The notes under the pieces: model-generated
Told to the model about the DNA's origin: nothing
Seen by the model: the letters and a program-made list of their open reading frames with translations, nothing else
Database searches by the model: none
Program-made: the position numbers and the translations under genes
Source: Bdellovibrionales bacterium
GTDB taxonomy: Bacteria; Bdellovibrionota; Bdellovibrionia; Bdellovibrionales; UBA1609
Direction: 5' to 3'
Assembly: GCA_019637855.1 (NCBI GenBank)
Contig: JAHBUX010000001.1
Location: 145,337 to 209,336 of the forward strand
DNA: 64,000 nucleotides
Shown: in pieces, positions 36,794 through 45,900 of the stretch
Layout: each line of letters begins with the position of its first letter
Numbering within the stretch: the first letter of the stretch is position 1

Positions 36794-36861
36794 GGAGTGA
36801 TTCGAAGCGATTCATAGTTGCTTGGACTTTTTCGAACATTTTCCTCCGCATGGTGGTGCGG

Positions 36862-37020
36862 TTAGTCCCGGATTCTGGCCAGCCGGAACTTCCAACGTCC
36901 GGTGTTAATCGTGTCTAAGGCCGAGTGTGGTCGCTCTTCGGTGTAGTAGCGTCGCCACGTTTCGATCTTCTTCTGCGCGTGTTCCAGATCTCGAAAGGCG
37001 TGTCCAAGGAACTCAAAGAC
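36862..37020 (-). pseudogene. C-terminal stub of an IS3-family (rve/DDE) transposase
   Basis: The minus-strand translation ..EFLGHAFRDLEHAQKKIETWRRYYTEERPHSALD.. matches the conserved F.sL..A...I..W...YN..RPHS.L end of IS3 OrfB. The rest of the transposase is missing, and the region after RPHSAL appears frameshifted. Confidence 0.6.
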
Positions 37021-37259
37021 CTGGACTATGCGCGTACCTTCTGTCGGAGCTTCTGGACGAGGGTTACGATTTACAAACGGCTCTGGGTCGCTTGATTCGC
37101 CTTTACGGCGTGAAAGAGTACGCCCGCCTCGTCAAGATGGACTCCCCGGCTGTACAACGGGCGATTGCCCCGGAACACAACCCGACCAAACTCACTTTGG
37201 AGAAGCTTCTTGCTCCTCTCAAGCTTGAGTTGGATATCAAGCCAACGGATGCCGCGTAG
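37003..37259 (+). pseudogene. COG3636/HigA-like addiction-module antidote gene, 5'-truncated and frameshifted
   Basis: Frame B reads YLLSELLDEGYDLQTALGRLIRLYGVKEYARLVKMDSPAVQRAIAPEHNPTKLTLEKLLAPLKLELDIKP, an antidote-family pattern. The expected preceding ..ELKDLDYARTF is in another frame, implying a 1-nt deletion near 37035-37041. No toxin partner is present. Confidence 0.5.
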
Positions 37260-37339
37260 CCAAAACCTGGGTCAATGTAGTAGCCTGTCGTAGGTGGCAA
37301 AAACGAGCCTGGAATCATTCAAGAATTTCAGGCTCCAAA

Positions 37340-37354
37340 GCCCCTACCAGATTT
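37340..37354 (+). repeat. right copy of the 15-nt imperfect direct repeat (att-like)
   Basis: GCCCCTACCAGATTT, located exactly where the AT-rich/remnant region ends. Confidence 0.45.
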
Positions 37355-37362
37355 TCGATTGT

Positions 37363-37536
37363 CTATTTACGCTTCTTGGCGATGCACTTTTGCAGTGCCT
37401 TTGCCTTTAACTGCGGGTCTTCTTTCAGACACTCTTTTTTTGCTATTGCGTAGCTCTCCTTCTTTTTCGGGGTCGCAAAAGTGGAACCGGCGGATAGAAG
37501 AAACGCGAAGGCAATCGTAAAACTCCACATATTCAT
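37363..37536 (-). CDS. 57-aa secreted Lys-rich small protein (not in the ORF track)
   Basis: AGGAG sits 7 nt upstream of ATG 37536. The protein is MNMWSFTIAFAFLLSAGSTFA-TPKKKESYAIAKKECLKEDPQLKAKALQKCIAKKRK. Confidence 0.5.
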   Translation of the reverse strand: MNMWSFTIAFAFLLSAGSTFATPKKKESYAIAKKECLKEDPQLKAKALQKCIAKKRK

Positions 37537-37553
37537 AAATCACTCCTGCAAAA

Positions 37554-37778
37554 TTACTTCGTTTTCTTAGCGGACTTTTTCACGGTCTTCTTGCCCTTCT
37601 TCGCCGTCTTTTTAACCGGCTCGGGAGTGGGCTCGTCGGCTTGAAAGGATTGTGCGGCCTCAGCTTCTTGGCTGACTTGTGTCAACTCGGCAGGTGCAGG
37701 AGGCGGCTCTTCTTTTTTGCTAGAGGCGCAAGAGACAGAAAAAAGGCTCAGTGAAGCTAGAATCAAGAGATACTTCAT
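37554..37778 (-). CDS. 74-aa exported Lys/Pro/Glu-rich small protein (possible lipoprotein)
   Basis: ATG 37778 with GGGAG upstream. The protein is MKYLLILASLSLFSVSCASS... The 169-aa ORF in the track is an unlikely N-terminal extension. Confidence 0.5.
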   Translation of the reverse strand: MKYLLILASLSLFSVSCASSKKEEPPPAPAELTQVSQEAEAAQSFQADEPTPEPVKKTAKKGKKTVKKSAKKTK

Positions 37779-37926
37779 TGTCGATAACTCCCATGGTGGT
37801 TGAAGTGAAATTGTAACAACGGCCCACAAGCAGAACCTGATTGGAAAATAAAATCTCTTTGATCTTGGTTGGGCAGTGCGTTGGCCGGCTGTTTTCGACC
37901 CGTAAGTTTTGTTACCGTTTTTAGCT

Positions 37927-38601
37927 ATGGAACGCATTCTAGTCGTAGAAGACGATAGCCGTTTAGGAGAACATGTTTGCGGACTGGTCCAGTCCGCAGG
38001 ATTTGTTCCACGACTCGTTTCACGAATGAGCGAGTTGGACCTGTGTTTTGTCGAGAAACCCACCCTTCATGCCATTATTCTAGACCGCTTAGTCGGCGGG
38101 CAAGATACGAAGGCGCGAGTCGCGGACTTGAAGAAGCGCTGGCCGCTGACGCCCATCTTAGTTTTGTCAGCCATCAACACCCCTCTTGAGCGAGCCGAAC
38201 TTCTGAACCTTGGCGCCGATGACTACCTAGGAAAGCCTTTTTTATCGCAAGAACTTTTAGCGCGAGTTCGCGCCCTCACCCGGCGCTTTCATGGCGTACA
38301 AACCAACTACAGAGAGATAGGCGATTTGATCTTGGATATTCCTAAACGTCTTCTGATCTTTGGAGACAAACAGGATCAACTCCCCGCAAAGGAGTTTTTA
38401 CTTATCAAAATTCTTTCCGACGAAATCGCTCGGGTCATCAGTAAAAATGAGTTGCTAGACGTCGTTTGGGGCGGAGGCTTGGACGTGGAAACCAACGTTG
38501 TGGAGGCCACGGTCGCGAATTTACGTAGGCGCATGGCCGGCCTAGGGGCCACCGTCGAAATCCGCAACTCTAGAAATATAGGCTACTGGATTGAGGAGTA
38601 G
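37927..38601 (+). CDS. OmpR-family response regulator
   Basis: MERILVVEDD, receiver Asp context AIILDRLV, and a winged-helix C-terminus (ELLARVRALTRR, RNIGYWIE). Confidence 0.85.
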   Translation: MERILVVEDDSRLGEHVCGLVQSAGFVPRLVSRMSELDLCFVEKPTLHAIILDRLVGGQDTKARVADLKKRWPLTPILVLSAINTPLERAELLNLGADDYLGKPFLSQELLARVRALTRRFHGVQTNYREIGDLILDIPKRLLIFGDKQDQLPAKEFLLIKILSDEIARVISKNELLDVVWGGGLDVETNVVEATVANLRRRMAGLGATVEIRNSRNIGYWIEE

Positions 38602-39976
38602 GTTCTTCTGGATCATTTTGTCGGTGATCTCAGTGGTCGTCGTAGGGACAACCGTACTGCATGGAAAATTCTTACGCCGAGAAAAGGAAGCTCTGATCGA
38701 CCAACAGGTGCGCGAGACCGCCACCGCCCTGCTCGACTCGGAGCTAGGCGACCTACGTAAAGTCGAATTCGAAAAGGTTGAGAGCATTCTTTCCGAAGAG
38801 CTCGGTGAAAATCGAATCGGCAAATTTTTTGTCATTCGTAACAATGCCGGTGAGATCCTCTTTGAAAGCGCCGGAGCCAAACTGCTCCCCATATCCGAAC
38901 TTCCGCGCAAGCCCCGTTGGATCACCATCCAGGAAAAGGGCAAATACATACGACTACTCAATCTCAGCTTACCCAAAATTCCAGATCGGACTCTTCAAGT
39001 TGGCCTTGTGATTGGTCAAGAGCTGCTATCGCCGGGGTATTTCTCACGCGCCAATCTTTTTTTTACCGCTGCCATTATGCTTGGCGGACTTTTTTTGGCC
39101 TGGATGCTCACCACCATGCTTATGCGTCCCATTTCATGGCTCTCGAATTTTATCGGCCTTGCCGCCCAAGACTCCGGCCAAAAATTAGAACTGCCGCCTT
39201 TGCCCAAAGATTTGAAAAGCTTTGTAACGAAATCGAACTCCAAGGATGAGTTGGTCGGACTACTGGCGGGCTTTGAGAACCTGATTGAGCGTGTGAACCG
39301 AGACTACAAAATGTCGCGCGTGTGGTCCTATCAGATGGCGCATGAACTGAAGACGCCCATGGCACTGATAGAAGCCAAAATCACTGAAGGCCAGCGTCTC
39401 GGAGCCATCAAAGACCCATTGGCCAAAGATATTCTCATGGAAGTCTTTGAAATCTCCGAAACCATCACCGCGTTTTTAGCCTGGGCCGAACTTGAAAACT
39501 CGACCGGTCAAAAGCGATTGTTTGTGGTTTCCATAGCCAAAGTGCTGCAGGGACTTCGACAACGATTTGAAGTGACCTTTCCCGGTCGGATTGAAATTCG
39601 AATCACCGAAGACTTTAACGTGATGACTAATATTCAACATCTTGAGCATGCCGTTGGAAACATCATTTTGAATGCACTAATCTACTCTACGCTAGAAACA
39701 AAGGTGGTCATTGAATCGTCCGCCAATTCGATCCGCGTGCACGATCTTGGCTCGGGCATACCCACCACTGTGGTGGAGCGGCTGGGCGAACCCTTTAACA
39801 AGGGTTCGCATTCCACGCTGAGTGAATCAAAAGGCCACGGTTTAGGACTTGCTTTAGTGCAGTCGATCTGCCGAATCTACGAATGGCGACTCAATATCTC
39901 GACAGGTTCCAATGGATCCTGCGTGTCCATCGCATTCCCCGCTATTCAAAGCGAGCTGGTGAGCTATAACGGGTAA
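38591..39976 (+). CDS. sensor histidine kinase
   Basis: Two TM helices flank a ~140-aa periplasmic loop. H-box MAHELKTPMALIEA, N-box NIILNALIYS and G-box GHGLGLALV. The TTG start overlaps the regulator gene by 11 nt. Confidence 0.85.
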   Translation: MRSRFFWIILSVISVVVVGTTVLHGKFLRREKEALIDQQVRETATALLDSELGDLRKVEFEKVESILSEELGENRIGKFFVIRNNAGEILFESAGAKLLPISELPRKPRWITIQEKGKYIRLLNLSLPKIPDRTLQVGLVIGQELLSPGYFSRANLFFTAAIMLGGLFLAWMLTTMLMRPISWLSNFIGLAAQDSGQKLELPPLPKDLKSFVTKSNSKDELVGLLAGFENLIERVNRDYKMSRVWSYQMAHELKTPMALIEAKITEGQRLGAIKDPLAKDILMEVFEISETITAFLAWAELENSTGQKRLFVVSIAKVLQGLRQRFEVTFPGRIEIRITEDFNVMTNIQHLEHAVGNIILNALIYSTLETKVVIESSANSIRVHDLGSGIPTTVVERLGEPFNKGSHSTLSESKGHGLGLALVQSICRIYEWRLNISTGSNGSCVSIAFPAIQSELVSYNG

Positions 39977-39988
39977 GAGCCACGACAA

Positions 39989-41590
39989 CTAAACTTGCTT
40001 CGGCGCCTCGATCAACGACACGATCTTCCCGTTCTGCTCCGCGAGTACTGTCCCGCGAGCTGTGACTGGGGATGGGGCGCGTAATAACGTTGCGATCGAG
40101 GCCGACATATTGCCGCCATCCAGGTTCGTACCTCCCAACGTGGTCACAGGCGCGGCGTCGCCGTAGCTGCCGGCGCCGCCGGAGTTGTTGCGGACGTTGC
40201 CGACAACCATCGGTCCCTGAATGATGCCGCTATAAAATGAAGCGATACCTGCCGCACCTGCGTGATCGGAGCCAGAACCATCGTCACGACCGAAGCGACC
40301 GAATTCACCGCGCACATCGATCACAGTTTCATTGAACAGATTGGCGGCCTTCAGACGGTCTATCAACTCAAGCATACAACCGGCAAAAGCACGGTTATAA
40401 AGTGAATTACTCACTAGGCTGATCATGTCACCGGTTTCGTGCTCGTCGAAGTACAAGTCTAAGTTGCCGGGAATACCGAAGAACTGTTGTGGCGCGATTG
40501 TGATCGATCCACTGATATTGTTGAGCAATACGTACTCAGCCAAAGCGAAATGTTCCGCCAAACGAGGGATATAGGCACTGTTGAAAATCGTTCTTACGTC
40601 CGTCGCATTGATAATACTGGTGCCGTACACCCGATAGCGATTGTTGCGGGTGGTGTCGCCGATCGGCAGATCCGTGATACCGGCCATCGGCTCAGTCGCC
40701 GGCAAAATGGCGCGCTTCACGATGTCATTGTATTTGCCGTAGAGGGTATTCCAGATCGACGTTAAATCTCCCAGCGCTCCGCGCAGCAACTTATCTGCAC
40801 CTTTCTGGCTTTCAAAAATCGAGGCCGCGCCCGGGTGGCGTGAAACAGCGTAGGTTTGCAAAGAAGCCAGCGATTCATTGATAAATGACGACAATGCTGC
40901 CTGCTTAGAGCTAAACGTCGCACCGGTCTTGCTCACAAACGGGTCCAGAAGAGTCGAGATCAAGTTGCCATTGGTGAGTAAACGCACAGGCGTTATATTG
41001 GTCGAGGAGCGAAATGTATAGAACGTCGAATGCACATCCAACGCCGGGATGGGCGTGCCGGAGTTCATAGCGGCCAGCGCCACCAAACTTGTCGACGCAC
41101 TGACCGGCAAGAAGGCTTTGGCTTGTGCGGACTCATGCTGAAAGTCCTCAATATCAATCCCGCGCATGGTCAGCATATTGTTCATTAGATCCGCCATCGG
41201 GCGCATACCTCCGCCCGCTTTGGTGGTGTTGAACTGCCACAACCATGGCACGTTCAGACCTTTTAAATTCACGGTCTTGTATTCATTGGCCGTATAACGA
41301 CCGTTTGAGGCGATGTAGCTTGTGCCCACCATCGCGCTCGGCACGAAACCGGTGCTCGAATAAGGAGTTAAGAAAAGATCAAACGTCCAGCGCGGTGGCG
41401 CACCCACCATCTGTACAAAGAGATGTTTGCGCGGCTTCACTCCGGTCGCTTGCGCTAAAGCCCGATCGGCCATCCCGCTGACGATGCTGCCCATAAGCAC
41501 ATTCAACACCGAGCGCTGCAGTCCCGCGCCCAAAGTGGCCGCACCCATAATCTGTAGAGCGTCTCGGCGTGTGCATTTGTTTTTCTTCAT
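39989..41590 (-). CDS. Tat-signal protein, DUF1501/DUF1552-like (sulfatase/phosphatase-superfamily-like), unknown function
   Basis: GGGGGAG RBS before ATG 41590. Twin-arginine signal KCTRRDALQIMGAATLGAGL. The C-terminal motif GEFGRFGRDDGSGSDHAGAAG resembles the DUF1501 ..FGRTP...GRDH.. region. Confidence 0.6.
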   Translation of the reverse strand: MKKNKCTRRDALQIMGAATLGAGLQRSVLNVLMGSIVSGMADRALAQATGVKPRKHLFVQMVGAPPRWTFDLFLTPYSSTGFVPSAMVGTSYIASNGRYTANEYKTVNLKGLNVPWLWQFNTTKAGGGMRPMADLMNNMLTMRGIDIEDFQHESAQAKAFLPVSASTSLVALAAMNSGTPIPALDVHSTFYTFRSSTNITPVRLLTNGNLISTLLDPFVSKTGATFSSKQAALSSFINESLASLQTYAVSRHPGAASIFESQKGADKLLRGALGDLTSIWNTLYGKYNDIVKRAILPATEPMAGITDLPIGDTTRNNRYRVYGTSIINATDVRTIFNSAYIPRLAEHFALAEYVLLNNISGSITIAPQQFFGIPGNLDLYFDEHETGDMISLVSNSLYNRAFAGCMLELIDRLKAANLFNETVIDVRGEFGRFGRDDGSGSDHAGAAGIASFYSGIIQGPMVVGNVRNNSGGAGSYGDAAPVTTLGGTNLDGGNMSASIATLLRAPSPVTARGTVLAEQNGKIVSLIEAPKQV

Positions 41591-41612
41591 GGTCTCCCCC
41601 AACGAGCAGCGA

Positions 41613-42989
41613 TCAGTTCCCAGCTAAACCAAAATCCGAACTTCTGTACTGTGGCAGTTTCAAAATGTCCTCGATCAACAAACGAGTCTTCTGCGTGCTG
41701 CGCAGCTTTTTGCCCAAATCGATCACCGTCTGACGAACCGCTAGATCCGCCGCCGACAAAGTATGGCCATAGTCGGGATCGTTCAGATCACCGATATCCG
41801 CATTGATGCCGGTGAAGTATTGAAAGTAACGTTTAGCCGCGCAGATATAAAAGTCATCGTAGTTGGCAAGCTTAGCGCCTATATCCGCGACACTCGTAAC
41901 CGGTGTATTGATCAAAGTTCCATCGTACGAACGATAAAATAGTGTTCCGTTGGTCGGCCGTTTGCTGAATGAACTGTCACCGGTCGCTGGCCACGAAGTC
42001 TCCGCAGCCACACTGGAAGCTGAAAACTTAATGCCCACCGCCGAGTGAGCCGCACCATCTGTGGTCACCGAAAAGTATTTGAAGTTACGGATCACCGAAG
42101 CCGCACGATCCATGGAAGCATGGCACTTCGTGCAGGCGGCCGACTGACGAAAAGGCGCTTGCGCACCCGCGACCACCAACGATGTCACATCCGCCGTGCG
42201 TGCCACCGGTAGGGGGCGGCACAACACATCTTGGAACAAAGCGCGGCCCCAACGACGAGGTGTATTCACAGCACCATCGATCGCAAAGTTCACATCACCC
42301 GCCACAGTCGTTTGAATATAGGGAATCGTTCCGAGATAACCGCCACCCGCGGTAGTACCGACTTCCAATCCACCCGCGGTGAGCACGCCACTAGGCGCGG
42401 CACCGAGCAGAACTCCGGTCGGTACCAATGGCGTGGTGGCGCCGGAGGCAAACGATCCCTGTGACTGGCCTGAATAAACTCCTCTTGTGGGACTGGCCAC
42501 CGTGCGCACCGGGCGCAGATTGTCGGCACTTGTGATCACATCCTTGTAGGAAGCATTGGGATCAAACAGCGCCTTGGTGTAGTAGAGCGCGGGCGAACTG
42601 GGATCAAAAACGTCATAAGTCGCATTCGTCCACGACGGAGAGGAGTTGACCAAGAGAACGTATTGCTTGGCCGTGAACCAAGAATAGTGCAAACCCTGGA
42701 ACGTGCGCAGTACCGCTTGTGCCACCGTGTCTCCGCTATTACCGAGTGTGGTTCCACTGGCTGCAGTAAGGCGGGCACTGTCCAAAACTTCAAGACAAGC
42801 GGCAATCGGATCTTTAGTCCCTGCTTTGACCGCGGCTAAACGCGCATCGGCCGCAGGCACACGCAACTGGGTGATCTGGGCATAGCAGCGGTAATACAAG
42901 GCCACGTTCGACAGCTGTTCCGCAGCCGGGGCCGAGGGCGCAGTCGTAACAAGAGCGAGGATTGAAATCGATGCAAACGCCTTCATCAT
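41613..42989 (-). CDS. secreted CxxCH-motif protein (PSD/DUF1588-like by motif context)
   Basis: ATG 42989 overlaps the upstream TGA (ATGA). Sec signal MMKAFASISILALVTTAPSAPAA. Single CTKCH motif at nt 42120-42134, followed by ASMDRAASVIRNFKYF. Confidence 0.6.
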   Translation of the reverse strand: MMKAFASISILALVTTAPSAPAAEQLSNVALYYRCYAQITQLRVPAADARLAAVKAGTKDPIAACLEVLDSARLTAASGTTLGNSGDTVAQAVLRTFQGLHYSWFTAKQYVLLVNSSPSWTNATYDVFDPSSPALYYTKALFDPNASYKDVITSADNLRPVRTVASPTRGVYSGQSQGSFASGATTPLVPTGVLLGAAPSGVLTAGGLEVGTTAGGGYLGTIPYIQTTVAGDVNFAIDGAVNTPRRWGRALFQDVLCRPLPVARTADVTSLVVAGAQAPFRQSAACTKCHASMDRAASVIRNFKYFSVTTDGAAHSAVGIKFSASSVAAETSWPATGDSSFSKRPTNGTLFYRSYDGTLINTPVTSVADIGAKLANYDDFYICAAKRYFQYFTGINADIGDLNDPDYGHTLSAADLAVRQTVIDLGKKLRSTQKTRLLIEDILKLPQYRSSDFGLAGN

Positions 42990-45900
42990 AAAATATCCAA
43001 TGTTGAAGAGATGCAAAGAGGCAGGGCCACAAATCTCCACTGATCCAAGGCCGTATAACCCTTGGAGGCGGCCTGCGAGGCCACCGTAACCAGACTGCTC
43101 AAAACCGTATCGGGTGCCGAGCGGCCGGGATGGAATGTTTGAAAAAGCGTCTGAAGGTTGGTCGTGTTCAAGGCCGAAGCACTGGTCAAACCGGCTTTGC
43201 CTAAGACGTTGCTGACGGCTTTATCGATCTCTAAAATCTGTTCGCAAGTGCGCGTGCCGTAACCCTTGCGCATGGTATTTCCGGTCGGTGAAGCCAACGC
43301 CAAAGGCGCCGTATCACGCTCGGCCGAATTGCAACTCGAGTCATAACCTAAGCAGGGGCCGCCGTTGGCCACCACTTTGTTAAACATCATCGAATTCGAA
43401 ATGCCTTGAATCTTGGTGTCGTCAGCGGTGCTACCGGAAACAAAGAGCTCATTCATCGTCGATTCCATATAAGTGCGGGTACCCAGCGCTAGCTCATATT
43501 GACTGGCGGCTGCACCCACCGGCGGGGGTGGTGGCGGTTGCGAGCCCCCCATAAGAGCCGTGGCGATGGCCGTGATCTCATTCGCGCTCAAGAAGCTGAG
43601 TGAGCTCATCGAAGAGACTCCACCAATGGCCGCTGTGATCTGGACCGCCGTACGATTCTTTTTCGTCGAAGTGGCCAAGGCACCGTGGCAGATCGCACAG
43701 TTACTGGCGTAAAGCATCGAGCCATCTGCCGCTGGTGTGGTGCGGGTGAAATCACGCGACACATTGGCCGTGTTGCCCGCGGCATCCGTCTGACTCAGCA
43801 CGATCGTCTTTGTGCCGTCACCGTTGCTAAACGCAACATCCACGCTGTACGCACCGGCCGCGCAAGCTTTGGTCACGGGCGAAGTGAGTCCCGATCCGCT
43901 AGCGGTCACGTTGAAACTGCCTTCACAGCCCCCACTGATAGTCAGTCCTGTGGTGGCACTTGTACCCGCCGCTGGCGAATTGATCGTCAGCATCGGCGCC
44001 ACATTGTCGCGCACGAAGCTGCGGTTCAAAGTGGTGCTATTGCCCGCTGCATCGGTTTGAGCGACGACCACTGCTTTGCTACCGTCGTTATCGGAGAACA
44101 CAAGAGCGAACGAGTACGCGCCATTGGCGCAAGTGACGCTCCCTGCAGTCTTCAGACCCGTTCCAGAAAACGATACAGCCAAACCATTTTCGCAGGCGCC
44201 GGTGATGGTGACTCCCGTCTTGGCAGCGGTGTCGGCCGCAGGGCTGGCAATGGTCAGAGCCGGACCGGTGCTGTCTCTGTTAAAACTTCGGCTATCACTT
44301 CCGCTATTACCGGCTGCATCGGTCTGCGCAACGCTCACGCTTTTGACTCCGTCACCGGCCGATACCGTGAGCGTGGTTGCAAACGTCGCGTTGTTACAAG
44401 TCACTCCACCAGGAGTAGTGATGCCGCTTCCTGAAACTGTAACGGTCAATCCGGTCTCACAGGTTCCCGACAACATGAGGGATGCTCCCACCGCCGAGTT
44501 AGCTGCGGGCGCCGTGATCTTGGGTGCCGGCGCCACGTTGTCGCGCACGAAACTGCGCGTATCGCTGCCCGTGTTGCCTGCCGCATCCGTCTGGCTCACT
44601 TGCAAAGCTTTGCTGCCATCTCCGGAAGACAAATTCACCGAAACAGAGAACATGCCGTTCGAACAAGCCGTGCTCGCTGCGGCAGCAGCCCCTGCGCCGG
44701 CGATGTTCACGGTCAATCCCGAGATACAGGAGCCCGCCAACTGCAGAGATGTTTTATAAGCGCTACCAGCCGCAGGACTTGTGATCAAAATCACTGGAAC
44801 CGTATTGCTGCGGACGAAGTCGCGCGCCACCGAGCCCACATTGCCGGCCAAATCTGTCTGCGACACGCGAATATTCTTAGTGCCGTCACCGGCCGATAGA
44901 GACACTTGCACATCGTAAAGACCGTTGCTGCAAGTCGCCGATGTGGCCGTAGCACCGGTACCGGCGATCGCAACCGAAAGACCATTTTCACAACCACCTT
45001 GCAGGCGAATCGAGGCCTGGGCCTGCGTTCCCGCCGCGGGACTGTTGATGGTCACTGCCGGAGCCGTGGTGTCGCGATTGAAGCTGCGGCTGGCCGAACC
45101 TGTCTGTCCACTGGCATTGGTTTGCGAGGCGATCAGATTTTTACTGCCATCACCAGAGGTGAATGTGATCGCCGCACTGAACGCGCCATTGCTACACGTC
45201 GTATTGGCCGGCGATTGCCAACCCGAGCCGGAGAAGTTCACCGCTAAACCATTTTGACATGTTCCACTTACGGTCAAGGTGTTTACGAAAAGACTGTCCG
45301 CTGCAGGCGCCGTGATCGCCACGGCTGGACCGCTGAGTTCGGCATTTACATTGCGCGAGACCGAACCACTGTTACCGGCCGCATCCGTCTGTGTCGCGGT
45401 GATGGACTTCGCGCCATTGCCACCCATGAAAACGACGGTCGTACTATAGGCTGAATTGGCGCAATTCGCAGAAACGGCCGAAACACCGGAGCCCGTGATG
45501 TTCACCGGTAATCCGGTTTCGCAAGCCCCTGAAACAGTCACCGTTCCCGGTACACTCGCGCCTTCCGCAGGCTGAGCCACGGTTACTACGGGAGGTTTAC
45601 TGTCCTTAATAAAGGAGCGACTGGCAGTTCCACGATTGCCAGCGGCATCCGTCTGCGTAATCGTGATGTTTTTGCCGCCTTCAGCTGCCGAGAAGACAAT
45701 GGCTGCCGAATAGCGCGCCGATGTACAATTAACGCTCGATCCAGCGTTCACATCACCGCTGATCACCACCGATAGACCAGTTTCGCAAGCGCCTTGCAGA
45801 GTGACGCCGTCTTTGCCGGCGGTACCGGCAATCGGCGCATCGATGGTCGGCTGCGGCCCGCTGCTATCGCGTACAAAAGAGCGAGTGCCCGTACCCACAT

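Larger units (their letters stand above)
34364..37339. mobile_element. decayed tRNA-associated genomic islet (~3 kb), no integrase present
   Basis: It starts at the tRNA 3' end and is bounded by the 15-nt repeat. G+C drops sharply: my counts on 60-nt lines give 37-40% at 35.0-35.3 kb versus ~62% at 33.0 kb. It contains an IS3 transposase stub, a broken antitoxin gene and an XRE-like remnant. Confidence 0.5.

Noticed and set aside
36927-37002. The N-terminal 45 aa of the 110-aa ORF (36927-37259), taken as a genuine antitoxin N-terminus.
   Set aside because: This part is the antisense reading of the IS3 transposase stub and has no similarity to the antidote family. The expected N-terminal antidote residues are found in a different frame.
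34364-37339. A search for an integrase/recombinase or an intact toxin gene inside the islet.
   Set aside because: No frame on either strand shows tyrosine/serine recombinase or RelE-like motifs. Only remnants were found, so the element is called decayed rather than active.
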